NCBI GenBank assembly: GCA_963702435.1
Contig: CAVPCR010000002.1
Location: 194,612-258,611, forward strand
Reading direction: 5' to 3'
Source: Candidatus Eiseniibacteriota bacterium
Lineage (GTDB): Bacteria > Eisenbacteria > RBG-16-71-46 > CAVPCR01
Length of the DNA: 64,000 nucleotides
This document shows positions 17,422 to 30,680 of this stretch, in pieces. How positions within the stretch are numbered: the stretch's first letter is position 1; each line of letters starts with the position of its first letter. A program made the position numbers and the translations under genes. The notes under the pieces were generated by a model that ran no database searches, was not told the origin of the DNA, and was given only the letters and a program-made list of their open reading frames with translations.

Positions 17422-18798
17422 CTAGCGCACGCGGACCGTGTAGCGGACCACCGTCTCGGTGTCCGCCGGGACCTTGACCTTGAACTCGATCTTCGCTGCT
17501 TCCTTCTTCTCGTAGGGGTGGGTCGAGTTCAAGATCTCCCAGCTCCCCTGCGGATGCTCGACCACGACGATCTCGACCGGCTCCGTCTTCCGGTTCCGGA
17601 GCTTCACCTCGACCGTCTCCTCGTAGACGCGGTCGGAGATCCGGCGCTGGTCAACCACGATGCGCTCGGCCTTGATATCGAAGGCCGCGCCCATCCGGAT
17701 CTTGACCTTCTCGCCGCGCGGCGTGTGGTCGATCCGGTCCTCCCCCACGAACTCGAGGCGGCCGTCCTGATCGGCCTTGAAGGCGCGCACGGTGCCGGCG
17801 GGGAGCGGCATGCCGAGCCCGGTCGCTTCCTTGTTCTCGGTCTCGAGGGTCACCTTGACGTCCTCGCCCCCCCACGTGCCGTCGTACTCGAAGACCTTGG
17901 TCACGGTGGCGCGGGCGGGCGCGAAGAGCGCGATCTGCTTGATCTCCTGATCCGCGATCGTGGCCGGCCGCTCGAGCACGTAGATGTGGTACTCGAAGAG
18001 CCCGCGCTCGACGAACGGCGGGGCGGCGCCCATCATCTTGGCCTCGGCCCTCATCATGTCGTACGCGACCTCGGGGCGCGGCGCCGGGGCCCGGTGGACG
18101 TCGCCGGCGACGAGCTTCAGCCTGGCCTCGGGATAGGTCGCGCCCGAGCGATTGTCGACCGAGACCCAGCCCGAGAGATCCATCGCCTTGTCGTCGGCGG
18201 CGACCACCGCCACGTACTCGGCATGCCAGCTCATGCCGCCGGTCATGTAGGAGAGCTCGACATCCGCCTTCCCGCCCTTCCCGCCCGCCACGGTCCAGAC
18301 GAGCGTCGGCTTGGTGATGAGCCCCTCCGGGAGCGCCGGGCAGCGGATGTCCTGGACGCTCTCGCGCCCGACGATCGTCACCTCCTCACCGCCGCCCTGG
18401 CCGCCCATGACGAGGTTCGCCGCATCGTAGGCGAGGAGCTTCCCCTTGTAGGTCCGGCCCTCCTCGGCCATGACATCCACGGTCTCGCCGAGATAGCGAT
18501 AGAGGATCTTGTCGGCGCTCGCGAGGTCGAAGGCGTAGTTCTGCTCGATCACATCGAGGTCGCCGGTCAGGTGAACCGAGGTGGGATCGATCTGGGCCGC
18601 GACGTCGGCGATCTTGAGCTTCTCGCCCGGCGGCACCTCGACCGTGCGCTTGTCGCGGACCACGCCGAGATCCTGATTGTAGACCGTGACCGCGAGCTCG
18701 CGCGCCGCGGCGGGGAGCGCCCCCGCCACCATGCCGGCGGCGACGAGCAGGGCGAGCACCCAGATGGGATTGAATGGCATTCCGTCGATCAGTCTCAT
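17422..18798 (-). CDS. secreted DUF4139-family protein (MuiA-like)
   Basis: Start ATG 18798 is preceded by GTGGAGGTGGCGTC. Signal peptide MRLIDGMPFNPIWVLALLVAAGMVAGALPAAA, then VTVYNQDLGVVRDKRTVEVPPGEKLKIADVAAQIDPTSVHL. The family call is from memory of the DUF4139/DUF4140 pattern. Confidence 0.55.
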   Translation of the reverse strand: MRLIDGMPFNPIWVLALLVAAGMVAGALPAAARELAVTVYNQDLGVVRDKRTVEVPPGEKLKIADVAAQIDPTSVHLTGDLDVIEQNYAFDLASADKILYRYLGETVDVMAEEGRTYKGKLLAYDAANLVMGGQGGGEEVTIVGRESVQDIRCPALPEGLITKPTLVWTVAGGKGGKADVELSYMTGGMSWHAEYVAVVAADDKAMDLSGWVSVDNRSGATYPEARLKLVAGDVHRAPAPRPEVAYDMMRAEAKMMGAAPPFVERGLFEYHIYVLERPATIADQEIKQIALFAPARATVTKVFEYDGTWGGEDVKVTLETENKEATGLGMPLPAGTVRAFKADQDGRLEFVGEDRIDHTPRGEKVKIRMGAAFDIKAERIVVDQRRISDRVYEETVEVKLRNRKTEPVEIVVVEHPQGSWEILNSTHPYEKKEAAKIEFKVKVPADTETVVRYTVRVR

Positions 18799-18869
18799 GA
18801 CGCCACCTCCACGGGGGAGCGATGCGTACACCACACGCGTTCCTCGCGAGCCGGGCCGGGCGCGCGGCG

Positions 18870-21536
<2,667 letters not shown>

Positions 21537-21856
21537 CGGAGGAACGGACGCTCCCGCGGGCGCGCCGCGGAGCGAGACGGCGGCATCCGCGTCACAAGAA
21601 CGAGTGAGGGGCCCCGGCCGCGGCGAGCCGGGACGCGATACCAGGTCCCGGCGCACCTCCGGGACTCAGGGCCGCGAAGCTAGCACAGCCTGTTCCACAG
21701 GGTCAAACCGGCGCACTGCGCCCCGGTCTCCCGATCCTTGAGGTGGCTCGTCCCCCCGGGGCGCGCCAAGAGAACAAGGCGGGGCCGCTCGCGGCAAGCG
21801 CGGTCGCCTTCCCGGACCGATGCCGGCTCGGGCAGCGCGCGGGATCCCCGCGCGCA

Positions 21857-22130
21857 CCGCGTCAAATGCTGTCGCTCCGTGTGGCCTCGCCTCGCTGCGC
21901 GGCCGATCCTCCCCGGCAGACGCTCCTCGCCCCGCCTGACGACTGCGCCCGCCGCGTCAAACGCTGTCGCGGCCTGTGCACTCCTCTCGCCTGACCAGAG
22001 CTCCTCACGACCGGCCCACGCTGTCGCCCCACCTGACGGCAGCCGTGCCGCCTCGCGCCGATGCGAGCTCGCCCACGTCACCCCGCTCGCGCCACATCCG
22101 CGGTCCCACCCTTCCGTCGTGACGTTGCAC
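21857..22130. repeat. degenerate direct repeats in an 875-bp non-coding gap
   Basis: CCGCGTCAAA[T/C]GCTGTCGC at 21857-21875 and 21952-21970 (18/19 identical). A partial ACGCTGTCGC at 22018-22027. The motif TCGCC..CCTGAC recurs three times. Seven CGTCA/TGACG pentamers lie between 21860 and 22271. Confidence 0.6.
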
Positions 22131-22375
22131 GAAACATGCCCCCGCGCGGTGCGATGGTCGGCGCAGGACGTGGATCTCGAGCGTCCTCGAGGCGAACGCC
22201 TCCCGCCTGCCCCCTCGAGTGCGCTCGCCGCGGTCACCCTTGTCAACTTCGTTACCGAGGAGGATCCGTCACCGGGGAAGCAGCGCGAGATCGGGAGCGC
22301 TCATCCTGCGCGGCCGGCAGGAGGAGGGGCAGCTCGACAGGGCCGAGCCGCCGCCGTGCGCGCGCGGCGACCGGC

Positions 22376-22405
22376 TTGACTTCGCGCGGGTGCGATCCCT
22401 AGCAT
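22376..22405 (+). promoter_or_regulatory. sigma-70-like promoter candidate that would give a leaderless mRNA for the Wzi-like gene
   Basis: TTGACT (22376-22381), an 18-nt spacer, TAGCAT (22400-22405), then 6 nt to the ATG at 22412. No Shine-Dalgarno is possible. Confidence 0.3.
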
Positions 22406-22411
22406 GCGCCG

Positions 22412-24028
22412 ATGCGCATCGTCCCCTCGAGAGGCGCGGGCGCGGCACACGCCCGCCGCCGCGCGGTCCTCACCCTCGCCGTGGCTCTGGTCGCGGTCGT
22501 GAGCGCGCGCGCCCGCGCCGGAGACGCACTAGACGCCGGACGCGGCACGCCGCCCGACCCCGTTCCGGTCGCCTCGCCGCTCTACGAGGATCTCCGCGAG
22601 CTCCACGTGCGCGGCGGACTCCGCGTGCCCGGGCTCACCGCCCGCCCGCAGTCGGGATTCACCCTGGCCGCGGTCGTGGCCGCCGATTCGGCCACCCCGC
22701 CCGCACTCCCGGCCCTCGCCCGGGCCCGCATGGCTCTCGCCGACCCGCTCGCGACCAGCGGGCTCGACACGACCGTGACTCCGGGCCCCGTGCTCCTCCG
22801 GGTCGGCGATCGGGAGAGCCGTCTCTCCATCTCCGCGTTCGCCGGTTTCCGGGCCGAGGCCTGCCCGGACCGAGGCTTCGTGCTGACCGACTCGACGCGC
22901 TTCGGCCTCAAGGCATCATGGTTCGTGTGGCCCGGCTTCCACCTCTACGAGGAGCTCTACGTCGCCGACGTCCCCGGCGGCCACGAGTTCGCCGATCCGC
23001 TCGTCGCCGACTCGGACATCATCATCTTCCAGGACCGGGTATTCGCCGCTCTTCACACCCGGGTCGCGGACCTCGCCTTCGGCCGCGACCGGCTCGGATG
23101 GGGCCCGGGCACGACCGGGTCGCTCCTCCTCGCCGCGACCGCGCGCCCGTTCACCCAGCTCCGCGTCGAGCGGTTCTTCCTCGACCGCCGCATCCACGCC
23201 GTGATCGTGAACGGCGCCCTGAGCCAGGCCGAGGATCGCTTCATCGCCTATCATCGCCTCGACTGGCAGGCGACCCGCCGCCTGCGCGTCGCCTTTGCCG
23301 AGGGCGCCCGCTACAACGCCGACTTCGTCGAACCGCTCTACCTGGTCGGCATCATTCCCTACCCGCTCGTCGGCCGCCTCCTCGAGCGCGACAACGACTC
23401 GCGACAGAGCGACGCTCTCGTCCGCAACAACGTGATGTGGGACATCGACGCGAGCTACCTCGTCCGGGACGGGGTCGAGATCTACGGCGAGATCCTCGTC
23501 GACGATCTCGGCACCGAGACCTCGCAGACCCCGACCCGTCTCGGCTACCAGCTCGGGACCTACGTGGCCACCGACGTCGCCGGCTACCCTGCAACCTTCA
23601 ACGCCGAGTGGACCCGGGTCTGGCGCTACGTCTACAGCGTCTTCTATGACGCCGACTTCGTGCACGAGGGAGTCTCGCTCGGCTACCCCGAAGGACCGGA
23701 CTCGCGCCTCGTGCACGTGCGCGGCGCGGTCGAGGTGCGGCCGGGCTTCGAGGTAGGACTGATCGGGGAACGGCTCGATCACGGCGAGGACGGGCTCGGC
23801 GTCTACTGGGATCCGAACGATGCGGCGATGGCCGGCGCCGATGCGAGCGAGTTCGGCGGCACCGTCGAGAGGCAGTGGCGGCTCCTCGGGTCGTTCCGGT
23901 TCCGGCCGGCGCGCCCCCTCGCCGCCACGATCGAGCTCGGCGGGGCGTGGGTCACGAACGCCGTCAACGAGCCGGACGCCGATCGCTCCGGGCTGACCGG
24001 GCGCATCATGCTCTCGATCGAGCGCTGA
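22412..24028 (+). CDS. secreted probable outer-membrane beta-barrel protein, capsule-assembly Wzi-like
   Basis: 538 aa. Signal peptide RRRAVLTLAVALVAVVSARARAGD. Alternating aromatic/polar strands throughout (RVWRYVYSVFYDADF, LGYQLGTYVATD), with a terminal aromatic-rich strand. The Wzi assignment is from memory only. Confidence 0.4.
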   Translation: MRIVPSRGAGAAHARRRAVLTLAVALVAVVSARARAGDALDAGRGTPPDPVPVASPLYEDLRELHVRGGLRVPGLTARPQSGFTLAAVVAADSATPPALPALARARMALADPLATSGLDTTVTPGPVLLRVGDRESRLSISAFAGFRAEACPDRGFVLTDSTRFGLKASWFVWPGFHLYEELYVADVPGGHEFADPLVADSDIIIFQDRVFAALHTRVADLAFGRDRLGWGPGTTGSLLLAATARPFTQLRVERFFLDRRIHAVIVNGALSQAEDRFIAYHRLDWQATRRLRVAFAEGARYNADFVEPLYLVGIIPYPLVGRLLERDNDSRQSDALVRNNVMWDIDASYLVRDGVEIYGEILVDDLGTETSQTPTRLGYQLGTYVATDVAGYPATFNAEWTRVWRYVYSVFYDADFVHEGVSLGYPEGPDSRLVHVRGAVEVRPGFEVGLIGERLDHGEDGLGVYWDPNDAAMAGADASEFGGTVERQWRLLGSFRFRPARPLAATIELGGAWVTNAVNEPDADRSGLTGRIMLSIER

Positions 24029-24048
24029 CTCGGGTTCTCGAGCGAGTG

Positions 24049-24080
24049 GCGGCCCGGGCTCTCGGTCGAGCGCGGGCCGC
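24049..24080. terminator. GC hairpin between convergent genes (possible bidirectional terminator)
   Basis: GCGGCCCG (24049-24056), a 16-nt loop, CGGGCCGC (24073-24080). It sits between the stop at 24028 (+) and the stop at 24092 (-). No clear U-tract. Confidence 0.25.
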
Positions 24081-24091
24081 GGGCACCGCGC

Positions 24092-25930
24092 TCAGGCGGC
24101 GCTCGCCGCCCTGTCCTCGCCGGCCTGCGCCCCGGCGGCCGGGACCTCGACCGTGAAGGTCGAGCCCTGGCCGGGGCGGCTCGACACGGTGATCCGCCCG
24201 CCGTGCCGCTCGACGAGGGCGCGCGACACCGAGAGGCCGAGACCGGTGCCTCCCGTGCGCCGCGTGAGCGACCCGTCGAGCTGGGCGAAGCGGCGGAAGA
24301 TGTGCACCTGATCGCGGGGCTCGATGCCGACGCCGCGATCGATCACGTGGAAGCGCACGACCCCGTCCACCGCCTCGATCTCGAGCCGCACCTGTTCCCC
24401 GCTCTCCGAGAACTTGACGGCGTTCGAGAGCAGGTTCGAGAGCACGCGGGTGAACCGCTGCCGGTCGACGCGGACCACGGCGCCCGCCGGCGGGGCCTTG
24501 ACCTCGATCCGGATGCCCTTGCGTGAGGCCACGGGAACGAGGCGGCGCGTGGCCTCATCGAGGAGCTCGGCGGCCGGCGCCTCGACCGTATCGAGCTCGA
24601 TGTCCCCTTCCATCTCGGCCGAGGCCAGGATGAGCTCGATCTGGTCCTCGAGCTGGCGCACGGCGAGGTCCGAGATGGACAGGAGCTCGCGCGCCGACGC
24701 GTCGAGCTGCGGGCCGTAGTAGGTGTCGAGGATCTCGAGCGCCGCCTTCATCTTGGTGAGCGGCGTGCGGAGCTCGTGCGACACTGCGGCGATGAACTCC
24801 GACTGCAGCCGGTCGAGGCGGCGCGCCTCCTCGTAGATCTGCGCGTTGCGGATGGCGACCGCCGCGTGGGCGGCGAAGGCGTGCGCGAGATCCTGCTCCT
24901 CGGCGCTGAAATCGACGACGAGCGGCGGCGCAGCGGCGGCGGTGACGGAAGAGGCGGCGGCGCCCGCGGCCGCGGGGTCCGCGTCCGGGCGGGTCCCCCC
25001 CTCCGGCTCGGCCAGGCGATCGAGGAGGACGAGGATGCCGATCGCCGTGCCCTCCCAGACCAGCGGCACCGCCAGCGCGCTCTCCGGCGCGAAGCGGGCG
25101 AGCGGATCTGCGGCCGGGAGTCCCGGCGCGATGCAGGAGAGATCGAGCGTACGCCCGAAGAGGACCGCGCGCCCGGCGAGTCCCTCCCCGATCGTGAAGA
25201 CCAGGTCGAGTGGCGCCGCCCCCCTGTCGGCGGGAGCGGCAGCCTCGAGCTCGTAGCGCTCGGCGTCGGGACTCCGCAGGAAGACCAGACCCCGGCGCGC
25301 GTGCGTGAGCGCGCAGGCCCGCTCGGCGACGCCGTCGAGCGTCTCCCCGAGATCCAGGTCGCGGCCGAGACCGCGGGCCAGGTCGAGGAGAAGACGGAGG
25401 TTCCGCGTCGCCTCGGCCACCCGCTCGCGGAGCTCCTGCCCGCGGCGGCCGAGCTTCTTGTTGGCGGCACGGAGCCGGGTCACGAGCCTGCGATTGGCGC
25501 GGCGGAGCCGCCGCCGTTCGAGCGCGCGATCGAGCGCCAGGGCGAGGGACTCGAGCTCGAAGGGCTTTTGCAGATAGTCATCGGCGCCGCGCCGGAGGGC
25601 CACGATGGCCGAGTCCGCGGTGGCATAGCCGGTGATGATGAGCACGCAGAGCTCGGGATCGAGCCCGCGCACCTCGCTGAGAAGCGCCAGACCGTCGCGA
25701 CCGGGCAGGTTGAGGTCGAGGATCATCGCGTCCCAGCGACTTGCGGCGAGGCGCTCGGTCGCCGCCTCGGCGCTCCCCACCGCCTCGACGGCGAAGCCGC
25801 GCGGCGTCAGGAACTCGACCAGGATGTCCCGGATGCCCGGCTCGTCGTCGACGACGAGGACGCGGCCCGGGGTGGGCAACCCGGCTTCCCGGCGCGGCGG
25901 CGGATGGGATTGCGCGCTCTCGGCACTCAT
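24092..25930 (-). CDS. hybrid signalling protein: N-terminal receiver + GAF + HisKA + HATPase
   Basis: RVLVVDDEPGIRDILVEFL...DAMILDLNLPGRDGL (REC). A GAF-like middle. SEFIAAVSHELRTPLT (H-box). LSNLLSNAVKF and RRTGGTGLGLSVSRALVERHGG (N and G boxes). Confidence 0.9.
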   Translation of the reverse strand: MSAESAQSHPPPRREAGLPTPGRVLVVDDEPGIRDILVEFLTPRGFAVEAVGSAEAATERLAASRWDAMILDLNLPGRDGLALLSEVRGLDPELCVLIITGYATADSAIVALRRGADDYLQKPFELESLALALDRALERRRLRRANRRLVTRLRAANKKLGRRGQELRERVAEATRNLRLLLDLARGLGRDLDLGETLDGVAERACALTHARRGLVFLRSPDAERYELEAAAPADRGAAPLDLVFTIGEGLAGRAVLFGRTLDLSCIAPGLPAADPLARFAPESALAVPLVWEGTAIGILVLLDRLAEPEGGTRPDADPAAAGAAASSVTAAAAPPLVVDFSAEEQDLAHAFAAHAAVAIRNAQIYEEARRLDRLQSEFIAAVSHELRTPLTKMKAALEILDTYYGPQLDASARELLSISDLAVRQLEDQIELILASAEMEGDIELDTVEAPAAELLDEATRRLVPVASRKGIRIEVKAPPAGAVVRVDRQRFTRVLSNLLSNAVKFSESGEQVRLEIEAVDGVVRFHVIDRGVGIEPRDQVHIFRRFAQLDGSLTRRTGGTGLGLSVSRALVERHGGRITVSSRPGQGSTFTVEVPAAGAQAGEDRAASAA

Positions 25931-25958
25931 GCCGTGACCTCCGGCTGCACAGGGGCCG

Positions 25959-27368
25959 TCATTCGTCTTCCAGATCGGAGAAGGTATCGGCGAGCGGCCA
26001 CGGCGGCCCGCCGTCGGCGAACCGCGGCGTCTCGCCGTCGCCGCCGCCGGGCAGGAGTTCGTCGCCGGGCAGGAGCTCGTCGCCGGCGGGTGCGGCCTCG
26101 CCAGCCGGCGCCGGCCGCGCCGCCCCGCCGCGACCGGAGGTCGCGCCGCGCTTCGCCTCCGTTGCGGCCGCGCTCGGCAGGGCGAGACGGCGGCGCGCGC
26201 TCGCCAGGAGAGCCTGGAGATCGTCGCCCGCCTCCGGGAAGGCGGCGATGGCCGTGTGCAGGTGGAGCCGCTTGCGGCGCGGGAAGCTGTGGCGGGCCAC
26301 CGTCTCGCTCACCCGCTCGGCGGCAGCCCGCGCCTCGGCGGCCGTCGTGTGCACGAGGAGGAGCACGAACTCGTCGACCCCCACGCGGCCCACGGGATCG
26401 GCGCAGCGCACGGTCCCGTTCAAGATCCGCCCCAGCTCGCGCAGGGCCTGGTCGGCGGTGGCGAGGCCGTGCGCGTTCACGAACTCCTCGTAGCCGGCCA
26501 CCTTGAGGAGCACGAGGGTGAGCGGATCGCCGTGCCGCCGGCTGCGGTCGGTCTCCTCGTAGATGCGCCGGTCGAGCTGCTTCGCGGTCAGGACGTCGGT
26601 GAGCGGATCGTGGGCGGCATTCTCAGCGAGGAGACGCTCGACCACCTCACGGGTCAGGGTGGCGCCGAGGAGCGGGGCCACGGCGTTCACGATGCGCAGA
26701 TGCTCCTCATCGAAGACGCGCGGCTCCGAGTGCCCGAGATTCACGACGCCGACCAGATCCCCGTGCACGATGACGGGGACCGACATGAAGCAGCGGAGCG
26801 GGATCTCGCCCTCGGCGGCCGGCCGCTGCAGATCGGTGAGCAGGGTCGCCTTCCGGCGCTTGGCGATCCAGGAGGAGAAGCCGCTCCCGAGCTCGAACTC
26901 GACCCCTTCGATCAAGTCGACCACCCCGCCCACGGCGGCGAGCGGATCGAGCCGCCCCTTCTGCGCGTCGAAGACGAAGACCGCCGCCCGGTTGTAGGGC
27001 ACGAGCTGCCCGAGGAGCGTGAGGAGCCGGATGAGCCCGTCCGCGGGCCGCGCCTCGGCCCGGAGCGCATTGCCCATCTCGGTGAGGACCTCGAACTCCA
27101 CCTCCGGCCCCCGGCCGGGGCGATCGTCCGGCGTCGCTTCCTTGAGCGAGGCGGCCACGAGCTTGTTCAGGTGGATCGCCGCCGCGAGCACATCCGACGA
27201 GCGCTTCTGCGACGACGACTGGCTGAAGCGCTCCTCGAGCCGCTCGGCATCGCGCTGGCTCACGATCTGGGCCTTGCTCGCCGAGCGCAGGAGCCGAAGC
27301 TCCGAGCGCTCGAACTGGGTGATCGTCTCGGCCAGGCTCTTCGACCCGCGTCCGTTCCTGCGCGCCAT
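25959..27368 (-). CDS. GAF + degenerate GGDEF domain protein (GVDEF, with the RxxD I-site retained)
   Basis: GAF-like LVPYNRAAVFVFD...GVVNLGH. GGDEF-like HDPLTDVLTAKQLDRR...LLKVAGYEEFVNAHG...RCADPVGRVGVDEFVLLL. Confidence 0.8.
   Translation of the reverse strand: MARRNGRGSKSLAETITQFERSELRLLRSASKAQIVSQRDAERLEERFSQSSSQKRSSDVLAAAIHLNKLVAASLKEATPDDRPGRGPEVEFEVLTEMGNALRAEARPADGLIRLLTLLGQLVPYNRAAVFVFDAQKGRLDPLAAVGGVVDLIEGVEFELGSGFSSWIAKRRKATLLTDLQRPAAEGEIPLRCFMSVPVIVHGDLVGVVNLGHSEPRVFDEEHLRIVNAVAPLLGATLTREVVERLLAENAAHDPLTDVLTAKQLDRRIYEETDRSRRHGDPLTLVLLKVAGYEEFVNAHGLATADQALRELGRILNGTVRCADPVGRVGVDEFVLLLVHTTAAEARAAAERVSETVARHSFPRRKRLHLHTAIAAFPEAGDDLQALLASARRRLALPSAAATEAKRGATSGRGGAARPAPAGEAAPAGDELLPGDELLPGGGDGETPRFADGGPPWPLADTFSDLEDE
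26047..26082. repeat. 18-bp in-frame tandem duplication (GDELLP x2) in the GGDEF protein tail
   Basis: ccgggcaggagttcgtcg / ccgggcaggagctcgtcg, 17/18 identical. Confidence 0.85.
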
Positions 27369-27459
27369 GCTCTCCCTCGCTGGTTTGTCGCGTCCCTGAG
27401 ACCCGAACCCGCGAACCGCCGGCGACCCGCGCCCCGGCGCTCTCCCCTGCTCGCCCGCC

Positions 27460-28434
27460 CTAGGCCGCGAGCTCCGGCACGCGCCGCCGAAGCCGCCGGA
27501 TGGCCTTCGTATGCACCTGCGACACGCGTGATTCCGAGATGCCGAGGATCTCGCCGATCTCCTTGAGCGTGAGCTCCTCGTAGTAGTAGAGGGCGACGAC
27601 GAGCCGCTCCTGCTCGGGCAGATGATTGATCGCCCCGAGCAGGATTCCGCGCGCCTCCTGGAGCTCGACCGACTGCAGGCAGTCGACCGTCTCCTCGGCT
27701 TCGATCGCCTCGCCGAGACCCATGACGTCGGAGGAGTCGTCGTGCGCCTGCGGCCGCTCGAGCGACAGGTGCACCGCGTTCTGCACCTCGTCGGAGAGAC
27801 GGAAGAACTCCTGGGAGTCGAGCCCGAGGGCGTCGGCGATCTCGCCCTCGCTGGCCGCCCGCCCGAGCTTTTGATCGAGGGTGCGGCTCACCTCCTCGAC
27901 CTTCCGCGCCTTGCGCCGCGTCGTGCGCGAGGCCCAGTCGAGCGCGCGGAGCTCGTCGAGCACCGCGCCCCGGATGCGCCACACCGCGTACGTCTCGAAC
28001 TTGGTCCCGCGCGTCGCGTCGAACTTCTCCCAGGCGTCGTAGAGTCCGATCACCGCGGAGCTGTGCAGATCGTCGAGGTCCACGGTCTTGGGCAGGGTGG
28101 CCGAGATCTTGTCGACGACGTACTTGACGAGCGGCGAGTAGCGGGCGAGCACCTCCGCGACCTGGCGCTCGCGATCCCGCGGCACGAGGGCGAGAGCGGT
28201 CGCCCGGGCCAGGGCCGACACGCCGTCCGCCGCGGCCGCCGTTCCCGGTTGCGCCGGAGCGCGGCGGCCGGCGCCGCGTGCCGCCGTGCGACCGGCGGCC
28301 GGCGAGGCGGCGGAAGACGGGGCCGGCGCACGCCGGTCGTTTCCGTTGACGCGCGTGAGCACCGGCCGGGCGCCGCGCGGGCGCGCCTTCTGCGTCTCGA
28401 CTTCCGTGAGCTGGACTTCGAGCGTCCTTGACAT
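27460..28434 (-). CDS. FliA/WhiG-family (sigma-28-like) RNA polymerase sigma factor with an approx. 95-aa N-terminal extension
   Basis: YSPLVKYVVDKISATLPKTVDLDDLHSSAVIGLYDAWEKFDATRGTKFETYAVWRIRGAVLDELRALDW (regions 2.x). LTLKEIGEILGISESRVSQVHTKAIRRLR (region 4.2). The true start is uncertain. Confidence 0.85.
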   Translation of the reverse strand: MSRTLEVQLTEVETQKARPRGARPVLTRVNGNDRRAPAPSSAASPAAGRTAARGAGRRAPAQPGTAAAADGVSALARATALALVPRDRERQVAEVLARYSPLVKYVVDKISATLPKTVDLDDLHSSAVIGLYDAWEKFDATRGTKFETYAVWRIRGAVLDELRALDWASRTTRRKARKVEEVSRTLDQKLGRAASEGEIADALGLDSQEFFRLSDEVQNAVHLSLERPQAHDDSSDVMGLGEAIEAEETVDCLQSVELQEARGILLGAINHLPEQERLVVALYYYEELTLKEIGEILGISESRVSQVHTKAIRRLRRRVPELAA

Positions 28435-28462
28435 GAGCTCTCCTCGCTCGGCAGGCGCTTAT

Positions 28463-28843
28463 CTAGCGCGACTCGAGGGCGAAGGCCTCCGCGACCAGCG
28501 CCTTCACCCGATCCACGTCGAACGGCTTCTGCACGTAGGCGAGCGCTCCGCTCCGGCGCACGCTCGCGGCGATCTCCGGCCCGCCCCACGCGCTGAAGAC
28601 GATCGCCCGCGGGGGCTCGGCACCGCTCCCGAGGCGCGCCAGAAGCGCGAAGCCGTCCTCGTCGGGCAGGCGGATATCGGTGATGACGAGATCGGCCGGC
28701 TCCGCCGCGTGCGCCGCGACGGCTTCCGCCGCCGAGTGCGCGGTGCGGATCGCGAAGCCCTCCTCGCGCAGGCTCTCGGCGAGCGCCCACGCGGTAGCCT
28801 TCTCGTCGTCCACGATGAGCACGGAGCGGGTGACCTTCGACAC
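28463..28843 (-). CDS. single-domain response regulator (CheY-like receiver)
   Basis: SVLIVDDEKATAWALAESL...DLVITDIRLPDEDGFALL...YVQKPFDVDRV, 126 aa. Confidence 0.9.
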   Translation of the reverse strand: MSKVTRSVLIVDDEKATAWALAESLREEGFAIRTAHSAAEAVAAHAAEPADLVITDIRLPDEDGFALLARLGSGAEPPRAIVFSAWGGPEIAASVRRSGALAYVQKPFDVDRVKALVAEAFALESR

Positions 28844-28947
28844 CGGACGGATTCCTCGGGTGTTGGGGTGAAGCGACGACAGGTGACTGGTGGCGGCCGG
28901 CGCCCCCGGGTTCCCGCCAGCGGGATCGCGCCGCCGAGAGGGCAGGC

Positions 28948-28963
28948 AGCAAGCGGCATGCCC
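28948..28963 (-). promoter_or_regulatory. sigma-54 -24/-12 promoter candidate for the regulator / sigma factor / GGDEF / kinase operon
   Basis: Minus strand GGGCATG-CCGC-TTGCT with GG-N10-GC spacing and an exact TTGCT. It lies about 105 nt upstream of the start at 28843 and directly downstream of the EBP gene. Confidence 0.5.
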
Positions 28964-29159
28964 GGCCGGCGATGCCGGGTGGAAACTCCCGGCCGGGCAC
29001 GGAAGCTCAAGCCGTCAAGGCAGTTGCGGGAGGGGGGTGGGGAGCGGGCGATGGGCGGGAGGAGGCCCCGGCCGGCTCCGGCTCTACCGGGGAGATCAGA
29101 ATTGAGCCGGTCCGCGCTAAACCCGCATGGCGACGACGGGCAAAACGCCCGCCGCCCGT

Positions 29160-29187
29160 GCAAAGCGCACGGCGCGTCGCGCTTTGC
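29160..29187 (-). terminator. hairpin downstream of the EBP gene (terminator candidate)
   Basis: GCAAAGCGC, a 10-nt loop, GCGCTTTGC gives a 9-bp stem 42 nt after the stop at 29229. A second small hairpin CGGGC-GTTT-GCCCG follows on the minus strand. Confidence 0.3.
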
Positions 29188-29228
29188 CGCGCGCGGCGTC
29201 GGGACTCGCGATGATGGGGCGCCGGGAG

Positions 29229-30666
<1,438 letters not shown>

Positions 30667-30680
<14 letters not shown>

